From positions 13,206,001 through 13,270,000 of the forward strand of contig NC_081331.1 of NCBI RefSeq assembly GCF_022539665.2: a stretch of 64,000 nucleotides of DNA, read 5' to 3'. The translations under genes and the position numbers were made by a program. The notes below the pieces were generated by a model, which saw nothing but the letters and a program-made list of their open reading frames with translations, ran no database searches and was not told the DNA's origin. Numbering within the stretch: position 1 is the first letter of the stretch; each line of letters opens with the position of its first letter. The stretch is from Daphnia carinata (Eukaryota). Below are positions 35,934 through 49,000 of the stretch, piece by piece.

Positions 35934-38900
35934 TTAATCCATTAACGAAAACGTCTTTCGACCCACGCTTCCTTCAGTCGCATCGTGAACTGTACTATTT
36001 TTCCTTAGTAGTTTTTGATGGGATGAAGAGACACTTTGAATACACATATCGAGCTTTTCGCAATGTCCGGTAAAACACGTGCCACTCATGCGCAGCTTTT
36101 CGCTATGTTTTTTCAGTTTTTCTACAACAATTGGTAAGATATTCTTCCCACTTGACATGTCATCTACCGGAATTCTTTTGCTCTTTGGGTTATCTTCAGC
36201 CAGCTCTGCATCATCAAGTAGTTTTCGTTTAATACCGGTCCTCATTCCGGTAGTTTCAGATTCTGGTCCCGTCACAACTGAATCGACTTGACGGGTAGGA
36301 GTATGATAATTAGAAGATGCTTCTCCCAAAGGTGGTGTTACATCACCTCGATCACCCAGCCGGCTTCTCCTTTCTCCACTCCACGATTCTTCAGATTTGG
36401 CATCTGTTGAAGTTGCAGTTCTATACGAAGTCGGTACACCATCTGATGTCTGGGATTCGACTTGGAACCTCTTGGCACTTGCTAAACAATCAGAACTGGA
36501 AGTTGAAGTCGACAACTTACGGCATTTTCTCTTTAACCGAGTATTCCTTTTTTCTGTCACGGAATCTGGAATAACTATGCGAGATTGACTGCGAAGACGT
36601 CGTGGAAAACTATAAGGTGATGCATTCAATTCGGCGTCACTGTCGCCCTCATAACTCTGTGAATCATTCCTTTCTTTTTTCTTCCAGTTTGCTAATCCCG
36701 TCAAGTGTTTATAGCGGGCTCTAGTCTGAATCCTGTTGCAGCTTGAAGCAGTCGTAGAGCTTACAAAATCCGTGTCTGATGTGTGGATGCAGACTACAAA
36801 GGATTTTTGTTCTTCTGCGTGAGGCGTAATAGCATCAGACTCGAATTCAGTTAGATCACCGTCCAGACCTGCCCATTCTTTTGCTTTTTCGATAACAACA
36901 GCTTCTTGCTGGCCTTCGTCCTGTAAAGATAGATGCGTGGTTGGTACTACCGATTGACATCTAGTTAGCTCTCTGTAAGAAATTTTTAAGTTGTCCTCCA
37001 ATTCATCGTTTTCTATAGATTTCAGAAAACAATTAAACTTTATTTCTTGAATTCAAGTTAAACGAAATACCATTTTCAATTGAAGAAGAGCTGTGGGGAC
37101 GGCTATTGTTGACCCATGACTGAACAGAGTTAACACGTTCTGGCCCGTTCGGTAGGTTATAACTCGCTAGACTTCCGATTTCATCATGACGTCCTACACG
37201 CTGTGTGGGTTCTCCATCAGACGAGTTTGGGACTAAAACTTCTTCTTTCTCTGATCCGTCATCTGCATACAACGAGAGTTTAATAGAACGCTCCATTCTT
37301 CGCTCAACACTATGACCAATAATCGATATTTCGGAAACGCTGCTTGTTTCTTTTTTGCTTTCATTATCGATCGACAAGTTGCCTTTCTCGGATTTAATAA
37401 CAGAAAATATTGTATCAGCAAACCAATGGGGCCCGAAAGCTTCCCCATTCGGTTTTCTTGGAACCGTTCTGTTGATTAGAATTGCCTAGTAGACGTATGG
37501 TACACGAATAGGTTTAAAGAAAATTAGATTTATCCCTTACAAAACGTATCTAAGTGCATACCTCAAGCTGGCCGCCATTCTCAAGAACAATATGCGTTGG
37601 CATAAATGGATTTGTTAGAAAACACGGAGGATAAAATTGGTTGTCGTTGCTTGCAAATTTGGGATCGGGTGGTAGGGCGTACAGCGTAGCTTCTATAGAA
37701 GTTTCCATTGTAGCTTCCACTTGTTTGTTCTGTAATTTCGTGAATGCAAAATTAAACAGTCTACGGGGCTTTAATGAACGAAACTGCTAATAACCAACCT
37801 CTTTCCAAAATTTCAACGCCTTGTCGGTGACCTTCTTTCTTTGAACATCTTCTAACACATCCAATATTATTAACTCGTTAAGGAACCCATTATTTAACCG
37901 GCTCCGCAAAAACTCAAACTGTTTGTCTAGCTTCGTTATATTCTTTTGAATTTTTTCCAGTCTACTAAGTTTGATTTTTCGCATGAAAGAAATTAGTGAA
38001 GGGAAATACTTTTTCATCATATCTCCGAATGTGTCCAATATTTCTTTCTCTCGATGAGCGTGACCCAGTTTTAATCGTAACTCTGAATAAAAACATTTGA
38101 TTTCCTCCATGAAAATGTCATCCTGAAAAATAATGAACATTTAAATGACATAACTTAAGAAATAGATTTTTCACACCACCTTTAGGCCAAAAGAATTTTT
38201 TGTTTTTGTCCAAAGAACCCCATTCCAGCATGGAAAAAATGCTTCTTTTGTTTGTAACTTCACTGCAGATGTACAATTTGCTGAGCGCATCACATGGAAC
38301 TGGAAATTGTAGAAATTTTTAATAACTAAAATCAAAATGATTAAAATTAATAACATACAACTGCCTTGCAGCAGAGCTCAAGTCGGATAAAATCAGCAGT
38401 TCTCATGACATGCTTTAGATCCTTAATGTAGAGCTTAAAAGTACTTGTCAAACTTTTTCGTAAAGCATTTAACACTTTTGGAGTGATATTGTTGCCTTCT
38501 CTACTCCATTCATTCTTGATTTCTTGTAAGCAAAGAGCACTCAACCAACTATTTGGTATGTTGATTTTGGGAAAATTAGATTTGATTTCTAAAAAGAAAA
38601 TTAAAAATAAATTATAATTTCACAAAACTCAAATGCAACATCATGCTATAAAAATACTACTTTTTAACACTTTGGTCATCCCATATTTGGTAGCATGTTC
38701 CCATATCCAAAATTCTACGGTATCCATTTCGATGTTTAAATCATCTAATACTGAGATATGTGTTCTTTTTGCATCGACAAAAATGCAACAACAACAGTGT
38801 TACTGTGTGCCTACCAAAACTGTTTTCGAGTCATAAGAAATCTCGCGGGATGACGCTGACTGACTGAAGGCCGGCCAGCTGCCCAACGTTCTCGCGTGTT

Positions 38901-39017
38901 CGTCTGCACAGTGAAGACCACACCTCCACTCCGGGTGGTAGTGGCAAAAAGACGCACTATGTCAATGACATCCCAGTAAAACATTTTGGTCTTATCGGGG
39001 AACTTATTTTTAAACAT
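35934..39017 (-). CDS. Uncharacterised multi-exon protein: helical-looking N-terminal region plus long S/T/R/E-rich low-complexity C-terminus
   Basis: A chain of minus-strand ORFs (38811-39017, 38347-38544, 38171-38356, 37787-38140, 37033-37377, 35934-37001) linked by short GT-AG introns. No motif recognised with confidence, and the start is uncertain. Confidence 0.7.
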
Positions 39018-40027
39018 TTATCGCACTGACAGCTTTTCAGATGATCGACCGCGTTTTTATTATTGCATCAACAGCTTAGCATTTGTCTGTGTGCTGTGTG
39101 TACCTAGTACCCAAATAACGCCTACAGAACCTACCATTATCGGCTAGTGGCGCTGCATTGAATGTGTACTTGCTCAAACGGCAAACGGTGATCGACGGTA
39201 TTTAAGGACTGATAATAGCGCAGCAGCATTGTTTTTCACAGCGGCTGTAATGGACAATGTGACGATGTACATGTGACAATCTATACGAGAAACATGAACC
39301 TAAGCGATCCATGTGTGGCTATTTAGTTTTGAATACGCTAGTATCCAGTACAAGCATACTGGAAGAAACGCACAAAGGGAAGTTATGTTACCAGTTGCGA
39401 TCGACTATCGCATAATTCGTCTTGTATACCGATACTCATACAGCCTTTTTGAAATAAAGGTACATAGTTTAACACAACACGCACAGACAAATTCGCTTGC
39501 AGACATAGATACAGACAGACCAGCAATCGCAGCAGTGCAACAACGATGGAAGAGCCAAAATAAAATAGTGTTAGTGAGTGACCGAACAGATTGAAAGTCG
39601 CAGTTTGTGCATCGAAACAAAATTGTTTGAATATGGCGACCTTCCGATGGATCGGGGGCACAGTCGGAATCAGACTAGTGAATGTCACGGGAGCCAGAGT
39701 ATTAAACCTCAATTGATTACACCTTGTTAAGGCCATCAGGTTATTTCATTAAACATCCGCTTTTTATTTTATTCTAAACTATGCTGGAGGGATTGTGTAA
39801 TGTTATGCGTTAACAATTTCATAAACGACCTAAGGTAACCATAGAAGTGAACGGTATTCGTTGGTGGTGAATGGCTAGTGGGCTAGAAGTATGAAAAGAG
39901 AAAGAGAAGAATAACAATCGATGAACACAAACCCTACAAACTTTCATTTATCTATAAATCAATGGAGGCAAAGTGCAGGTATGACTTGAAATTTCGAGAC
40001 AACAATTTTATTCGCTAACGTATTTTG

Positions 40028-43000
40028 TTAAACTTTGATTGAAGTCTGGCTGAGAATGCGCATTACTCTATCCTTAAAGGCCTTGTTGCTTATCATCATT
40101 TCTTCGATAGCTGCCCAGCGTTCTTCCCAACATTCGTCCCACTCCATCGGCCATGCATTGCTACTGTTGCTTCCATTCGAGCTGAAATCGTCCAGCGCTG
40201 TGCTGCTTCCGAACACGTCCCCTTCATCTGTAGGTTGCTGCAACAAGTTGGTAACTGACGGTCGCTTCATCTCTGCGTTGACGGCGTTTAGTGCGAATTT
40301 CAAATCAGCCAATTCTTTGAGCAGAGCTGGATCAAGTTTGCCGTCTGCATTCATCTTGCCCGCTTGTTCGCTGATTCGACGCAAAGTTTCGGCCAATGGA
40401 CCAGTCAATCCTTTAAATGACCACCATGGAACATTTCATTCAATTGATTGTTTAAATCAAAGGATAAACGTGAGCATGATCAATATGAATTAAACCGGAT
40501 GCGGACGAATGGCTAGGAACAATATACCTTGAAGTCGATTGGTAAGCTCTTGCATTTTCTTCCAACTCTGCGCATATTGACGTCGAATAAGTTCGATGAT
40601 ACTTGTCGTCAATGCCAAGCCAACTAGGATGTAAGCGATGGATACCAGCATATACGTAGTTTGAGCTGTGACAGGAAATCGTTTCAAAACACACATAGCT
40701 TTAGAAATTATTCTTTAACCATAGAGGAATTTCGGATTATCAGGGATCAACCGCAAATTCCTCTATTTTTGTTTATCTGTTGAAAATTGGTTAAGTATCG
40801 AGTCCATCACTTAGCTGGTTCCAAATATTTTTCTCAAAACAGTTAAACTTCATTAAAAAAAAGTAATCATCATTTGTTCTTCCAACCTGTCATCTAGTAT
40901 TTCTAGAAAACTAGTCGGACTTTCAGGAACAAAAAATGTTTGCAGCCTATTATGAAAATTATAGGCCTGTTGCACTAACCTTTTTTGCAAAGCTCTAAGG
41001 CACAAACGTTGTCTTAAGTAAAAACGGGCTAAGAACAATTGATATCTCAGCAGTTTGAATTCTTATAAATGAAATCACCCTGATAAATTATTGTTAAAGT
41101 TCCTAGACGCGTTTGATCATGATAAACAGAAAGGTTACAGATAACGAAGGCTCTAATGCCAATAAGTCTTCATAATTTTGGAAACGGGTGTAGACGGGCA
41201 ACGGCTGCCCCAACGTCCGTAAGCTTTTACTTTGAATACACATCGTTTACCGTCAAAGGAAAACGTAAGACAGGTATTGGGTTGATATCAGTAAGGTGCT
41301 CACACCATAATTCAAGATACGAATGTCAGGTATAGATACTCAAGCATCAGGTGAGGACATTAATGTGTCAACGGAGAGTGCTGGAACCCAACGAAGGCTC
41401 CGTGTTGATCAAAAGGCGATTCACACGGCAAAAGGGAGACTATATGCAATTAACGATATTCAACTAGATCATCATCCAGCAGATAGGACATCATCGACTG
41501 TATTAAAAGGTGATGTGATATATACCGTGAAGGACTTGCGAAGGAGTGGCCAGCTGGTGAGAGTCGCCATCAAAGCCCAAGCCTGAAGATATATATATTG
41601 TACATTTATAGTAAGAACATTCGAATCTTTTGAATGAATCATCAGAGCAGCAAATGCTCTATAGGCCTCCATTGTTTTTTTTTGTTTTTTTTTAAGCGTG
41701 CGCTTCAGTTCAGCCAGAATTCTACAACAACAAAACACGATACGTACACGCCTCCGTTGTTTTTGCCTTTTGATGATCATATATATACTCTTGTATGATA
41801 GCACTGACTACTGGTATATATATCTGAACGATGCTGGCAGTCGGTCAGTTAGAACGGCCAGCGGACTACTGGGTTGTTTAACGGAAGCGGAAGCGACAAA
41901 AACATTAGCATCGAGCAAGAGCATCAAAAGACATTTCGGTCCCTGTGCAAACGCAACGATGCAAAACTACGACGAGATCGTAGGGCTACAGTAACGATAG
42001 CCTTTGTTTAGGAGTATAATGTAGCTTGGCTATTATACTCGTCATTGTCATGCTTTTTTGTTATTCGCAAACAGTTGTCCACATTCTTCATTTTTTCTGC
42101 TCGATATAATTTTTTAAAAATAGAGAATAAAAAGAATATAAAAATTTTAGTTGCAAAGTAGCCCATACGAAATGGCTTTTGCAATACAACCTGCAGTTTT
42201 GCTTTATAAACTCCTCGATACCTTTTTAAAAATAAAATCTTGTAAAATAATGACTAAAGTCCGCACTAGTTTGGGCATTACGGTATAGAAAATTACATGC
42301 TACTCTATTCTAGAAACTATTTGAGCAGTATAATTCACTCGGTAGCTTATGCGCAAAGCAATACACAGCTGTCAGACTGGCTTATACGACTGAAGAAAAA
42401 GGCCATGTAGTCAAGCCGTAACTCCGGTTCATTATACGCGCATTTATGTCAGTACAATGCAGCGCAGGTGGCTCGCTATTCATAAGCATTAACACTATAC
42501 GGTATCATGTTTGCACATTGATAAATCATTAAAACGAATGTAGCGCTTATATGCTTTAGAGACAGACCTCACTGTATGGACTGCACGCGTTCACGTTATG
42601 CAATTTAGGTAACACAACACACGGTTATAATATAATAAACGACGTAAATTATGCGACATAAATCTATTGACTATTGTCATCGGAGAAGATTGCGCTCCAA
42701 CGTAAATCATGCGTCATTAATAAAAATTTTTGTAAAGAAATTGCCATAAGCTTATTGTTCCTATGCCCACCCCATTCTACGATCAAAGAAAGAAATCAAA
42801 ATCGTTACCAACCTGGAACCAGATCGCCAAAGCCAATTGTAGTCATCGTAATGAAGCAGAAGTAAAAGGACTCTAACCTCGTTAAAAAAAAAAAAAATCA
42901 AGAAATAAATGTAAGAAAAAGAAAATGCAGGCATAATCCTATTGTCACTAGACATAGAAAAACTAGGATTCCTTATGTCGTTCCAGCTGACAAGCTGATG

Positions 43001-46000
43001 TTTAGTCGTGTGGCGTTGTATATAGCCAGTACTCTAAACATATCGCACGTGTATCGATCTAACAATACACTATATGGCAAACTATTTATATGTGACAATT
43101 GCCTTCAACAAGAAAAGGGATCAAAGGTTTCGAGTATAAGTGAAAAGGCCAGCTGCAGAATTACTTATGTTCTGTTGTTTTTTTTTATCGAATAATATAC
43201 CTAGGAAATTCCAGTCTTCCCAGATCATAAAGATGCCACCTCCAATGGCGATGTAGACGATGAGCAGGGCCACCACCAGGACGACCGAAAGGGATTTGCC
43301 GTATTTACGAGCAAAAGTCTGAGCAGCCTGTGATTTGGTCCAGCTGGATCGCTGACGAACGTTGTGGTAGACGGCGGCCACGGCTGAAGCCATCAACATG
43401 CCCAAATCGGCAATGACAGTCAACGTAAAGGGAATACCAATCAGAGCGAAGAAAATGCAAAAGATGCGACCGTTTGTTGTTTGTGGCGCTATGTTTCCAT
43501 AACCTGTGAGTTGGATATAAAAATCAAACTACGTCACACTTCATCCTAATTTTTGCTTTTGTTTCCACGCTGTACCAGTTCGTACCAGTACATCCCTTCC
43601 AGTGTTTATATTAATCTATAGTAGTATTGCAGCCATAGGTTTCACTACATCCGGAGCACGGTGTGTGTGTATGTATGTTCTAAAGCGGCTACAAACTACT
43701 GTTATACAAAGCGACAAATTAACGTAAACTTTTCACTTTCTTTCTCGTTTGTGGCTACGTCCTTTAGAAATTGTCTTTAAAAATGCACCACAAACGACAA
43801 TGCCTTTTAGAATGTTCCCACTAGCTGTGCTGCAGCAAGTACAACGAATTTGCAACATATATTTGTTGATATTATTTTACACGAAGAATTGGTGGGCAAT
43901 TTAAATACCCTACTGCCCATTTCCAAACTAGAAGATTAAATTTAATAGACATCATCCTATACTTACCTGTTGTTTAAGATCCATGCAATGTGTGAACCGT
44001 TTATGTGTGTACTAACGTTTACATCCGACAACAGTAATGAAGGATTGGCATGCTAACTGGGTTCAAATATGCATTGAACACGCAAACGTGAGAACAATCA
44101 TCAAAGCTCTCTTCATCTATCTAATTTCAAATCAGTTGGCGTTTATTTTAATCGACAGCTAAACGCACAGGAAACTCACACGACCTGGCGATCTATTTGC
44201 CTATGCAATTTTCCATTCAAACGTACCAAATAAATTTTATCGCCAGTGATGTTTAAAAGATGATAGACGGAAGCAATGCAACGGTCCGTTTAGAATTCAA
44301 ACAATCGCTAAACGTATTTATCCGCATTCATTTCGATTGGCATTGAAGATGCGGCCGTCATCACTCTTCAGCTTTTATCTTCTAAACGATCTCCGGCACA
44401 TTTTCCTAATATCTTTTAGGTGCTACAATTTCTAGCGCATGTCGCGATAATTTTACGCTAATAATCAGCCATTTTTAGGTTGCCCGTTAAATATTCATTG
44501 CCACTGTAGTTCTTTCGTAATCTATACTCGATAGTGTGTTTACCATACTACATCACTGTCCACGGAGAGATTATATTCCAGTATAGCCTTTGTAAGACAC
44601 GCGAAAGAAGAGTTGACTGGAACGGGCGTGAAAAGCATGTGAGACTACACCTCGCATGTTTCACGAGGTGTCGACATGTACCTTTTTTTTTGTGTGTGTC
44701 ATTGTTGCGTGGGATCCCAAAACTCCCGCGTTCGGTCGACCGTGTTGAAAAGATAGATCGTTGTTAGTTCGTGTTGATTTCTTTACCTTTTGTTCATTCG
44801 TTTGACTCGCTTCAATTTTTTTTTCCTACTATATCTATTTCCTATTCCATCAGTCTTGTGGAATTCAATTATAAAAATGACAATACAATCATATCGTAGT
44901 ACGTGGTGCCTGCCTCGTTATGAAATGCTGATGGTATGCGTAGCAGCCACTGTTGGATAGCTCAAAATGAACACAGTTCGGCACGATATTCATGAGCAAG
45001 TGTTGGACAGGATGATTTTATAATTTGAGCGCATCCGCAGTTGCATAACATTTCGTGTGTTATCCGACGCACGACACGCACTCAGATGATCCGTTGGGTG
45101 AGCGTGACATTGGCAATTACCGTTTGGAGAAAAATGCAGCAAAACCTTCTTTTTGGTTGCATCATAAGAGAAACTATTACAGCACATCTATTTTTGCCGT
45201 ATCTACTTGGCCTAATGTTATACAAGCATTCATGCACCTTTCTAGAATTTTTGCTAAGGTACGTGAGAAATACGACACAAATCCTACACGATGTCGAGTA
45301 GCAAACGAATGCCAAATACTGCTCATATCAACATCGTCACGCACTGCTCAATGGGACTATATGGAAACTTAATTTAAAAAATGGAATATCGTAAATGTTT
45401 AAGGGTCACTTACCAATTGTGGTGAGAACTGTCGAAGCGAAAAACACCGATTGAGTGTAAGTCCAGTGGGCAGACGCTACTCCGGCTTGTAATGGCACCC
45501 TATTAGAAACGGCTTCCTGCACCCACCCCGGAATTTGAACAAAGTGAGAAAATAAAATCATAATCCGTTTTGATAAACCAAGATATGCTTGTACAGGCCA
45601 CGTAAAAGCTAATTCAAGAGTATATACGATGAGACTCCATAGAACAAATACATCGAGGATATACTAACCTGAAGGACATCTTCGTAGACACTCATTCGTT
45701 CTTCGAGCACACTCTGATCGTACGTTGGATGATCGTGAGCTTCTTTCCACATTTTGATGAGCTCCTCTCGCTGTGCCACTACGCGATTTTGCAGAATTGT
45801 AGATTGTTCCAGCTCGTGAGGTTGTTCCAGCCACTGAAAAACCTATAGACATGTTTGAAGCATTTTGTGTTTCAGTAATTTCTCATTTTGGCACGTTATT
45901 GTTCTCTTCGTATACGTTACACGGCCATGATACAATGACTTTAAGTATAATGTCATGTTACGCAACACAAGTGTGCGTTATCACAAATGTCCTTTGCGTG

Positions 46001-49000
46001 AGCCCATTTTCAACAGCTATCTCTCGTGCCTTTAACTATTTATGTACGAACTAGGTAAACGATCTCGTGTCAATAATCATTTCGCTTATCGTGATGCAAA
46101 AAAATGTTTGATAAGTTCAATTCCTTTTCAAACTTTATCGTCGATTATCAACGCAAAGTTGCACGGTATCCAGCGCAAATGTCATATAGATTTAATGGTT
46201 TATTTTGCGGATTGTTGGCCGATTCCCAGCCACTTGTGGCAGTTTTTTTTCATATCCGCCATTCCATGTTAAAGATCCTTGCAGCATCATCCCGATCATA
46301 TCTTGTTCACGTCTTACGAACGCGTAACGATTTGACGCATCTGCGGGATGAGCATTAAACAGACGTCCATCATGCCACGCTCCCATTGGTTTGGCTGATT
46401 GAGTAACATAAAAGCTGATAGTTCTGTTTCCTATATTCCCCAATCCATCATAAACGATACATCTTTCAAAAATTGCGCGGTGCCTATCCCTTTTTCCTCT
46501 GCTGCTTTGATCCCTTGGCGAAGATAAACGAAGGTTATCTATACGTGTAAACATAAAGAAGTGCTACCATCATGGGCAGGTCCGCGCAATAACGGACTCA
46601 ATCGCTATGCAGGTAAAATTTAAACTGGAAGTTTATTCCTTGATGTACGTTCAGGTTGTTCATTTCTCAGTATTATAACAAACTCACGCTGTTTTTTTCT
46701 TCCTGTGTTCGTTCTTTTAATTATAAGCTATCGCAATCGATTTGAGTTGTTGGACGGCAACTTGTTGGTCCCCATTTCCCTAACTTCTTTTAGAAAATCA
46801 ATCGCATTAGATTTGGCCTTTTCACAGACAGGCTCAGATCTGCGGACTTGGCAAAATTCAAATTCCAGCTCTAGTAAGATTAATCCATCATTTGAGTAGA
46901 TATAGGTCAGTTGAAAAAGACAATGGCCATGAAGTATGGACACGAGTTATTTCCATCAATCACTTTTTTTTTGCTGAAACCGTAACCCCCCCCCCCCCCA
47001 ATGTATGAGAACTGGACGTCAAGACAACTCTTTATTTATGGCCGTCAACTTTGTATTCCGTTTTGAGTTTTTACTGCCACCGACTATTTATCCATTGCCT
47101 TCTGTATTTGACCTAGATCCTGTAACTTCCTTTCGTAAACGATCTTATTGGGCATTAACTTTGGGGAAATTCAAAATAGCAGAAGACCATTTATAAATAG
47201 CCCTGGTCACGTGCCGAATGTCGTGTATTTTGCTTACACGCACCCGTAGTAAGTACTGAAATAAAAAAAAGGGGGTAAAAAAAAATCATTCAGACTGTCG
47301 CAAGGCATTAGAAGTGACGATAGAAAGGCAGTGTCCTAAGCTTTGCGGTTAAAACGCACATCGGTTTGGCGTCATTGGCTGCGGTAGCATACTTTGTGTT
47401 AAGAATGCAGCCAGCACTCAGCTAACTCTGTACCGGGGGGTGCTTGTTTTAGCTGGACACGTCTAGGTAACTACGATGAGAAAAAAGGGAGTGCTGAGAG
47501 GATGAAGCGATGGCCAACAACGCCCACAACATTTCTGTTTGTTTAAGGTTTAAAAACAAAATTCAGCTGACCCGAAAGAAAGAAGATGTTGGTGAGTACA
47601 GAATGTTACATTGTAACCAATGTTGGTGTAACGCATTCAACTCGTATTTGTATTTTTGTTTTGGACGCTACACAAAATAGTGTGCTGCGATGAACGAAAT
47701 CATAAACAGAACAATTGAATTTCAGTTAGTACCTGTCCCTATTTGTATTTCCTACTGCAAGTGTTAAATTTCTTATTGACGGCCACGTCATGGTCGTCCC
47801 TTTTTTTCTTTTTCAGAAATATTGAATGATGTGAGTTTTTGTGTTGCCAAAATAAATTCACGGGATGACGGCGTACCCCAACGATTTCTGCCCTACAAAT
47901 TCTATAAAAACGTCAGCTTTATCGCATGACTTTGCCAGACTCTGACGTTTGTACTTGTTTGTTTAGAATATGATAACATGTTTGGATGCCATAAGATTCC
48001 TATTTTGTTTTTATTCCTCTTCCCTCTTTGTTTCGTAGCCGCAAAGAGGAAGCAAAAATGAACGCTGCGTGATTCTGAGTACCGAACGGATAGGATTACG
48101 CACACGTTAGGATTGCAGTCAATCCAATCAATTCAAATTATTCCGTTAGTCATCATACAACTCATTTCTTTGCAATCTGTTTTTACGTAGAGTAGAGGAA
48201 CTGTCGCAAATGATTGTCGTGAAATCAGAACGAAAGCCCATACACCCATTCCGTTTCTATTCTTAGTCTATATTGCACAATAGACTGTCGAGAGTTGCCG
48301 GGCATTATGTGCGAGGAAAAAAAGAAAAGGGATATTTTCACATGCTCGTTTTTGCTGCAAGTCTAAGAGTGTGTGTGTGAGTAAGAAGTTGATGGAACGG
48401 GTTATTCAGAGCACATGCCACGCAGAGCCGTGGGATGGCAGTCGAAAGTGCCTTGTGTTTTGCCAACTGCTACCCGTTGTGCCATGTCCAATCAATAAGC
48501 CGTCGTTCGTTTTTCCTGCAAGTGTATGACTCTGTGTGTATAAATATACAGTCACGAATGAGAGACCAACATTGACTTTTCTCTTCTCACATTCATCAGC
48601 TTTATTTTTATTGCGTAAGGACTCTTCCTTAGCTACAGAGAATGAGACTTGAATGATGCAGTTGTAATGTAAGAATGTTGCAACGTGATTTTTGTGGTAG
48701 GGTGAATTCCGATCGTGCCCTAATTTCTGAATAGCTAAACAGCTTCGAAACGGTTGAATTACGACATACCCTAGCCCATTCTTTTTTCTGTCACTTTCAA
48801 TAGTATGAGTCTATTTATAATACGAAACTATACATCTCCCTTGTGGACTATGCTAGATACTGTGTAACAACAAAGACTGTGTGGATTCTCTTTGATTTTC
48901 ACGACAACTCGTGTTCTTGTCCTTTTTTTTAATGGGGGAAAGTGAAAAGAACTCGTTCCATGTCCGATGAAAACAGCTAAAAATATGATGGTATGTTCGG

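Noticed and set aside
44627..44666. Small imperfect hairpin in a K2P intron
   Set aside because: Too short for a pre-miRNA and expected by chance.
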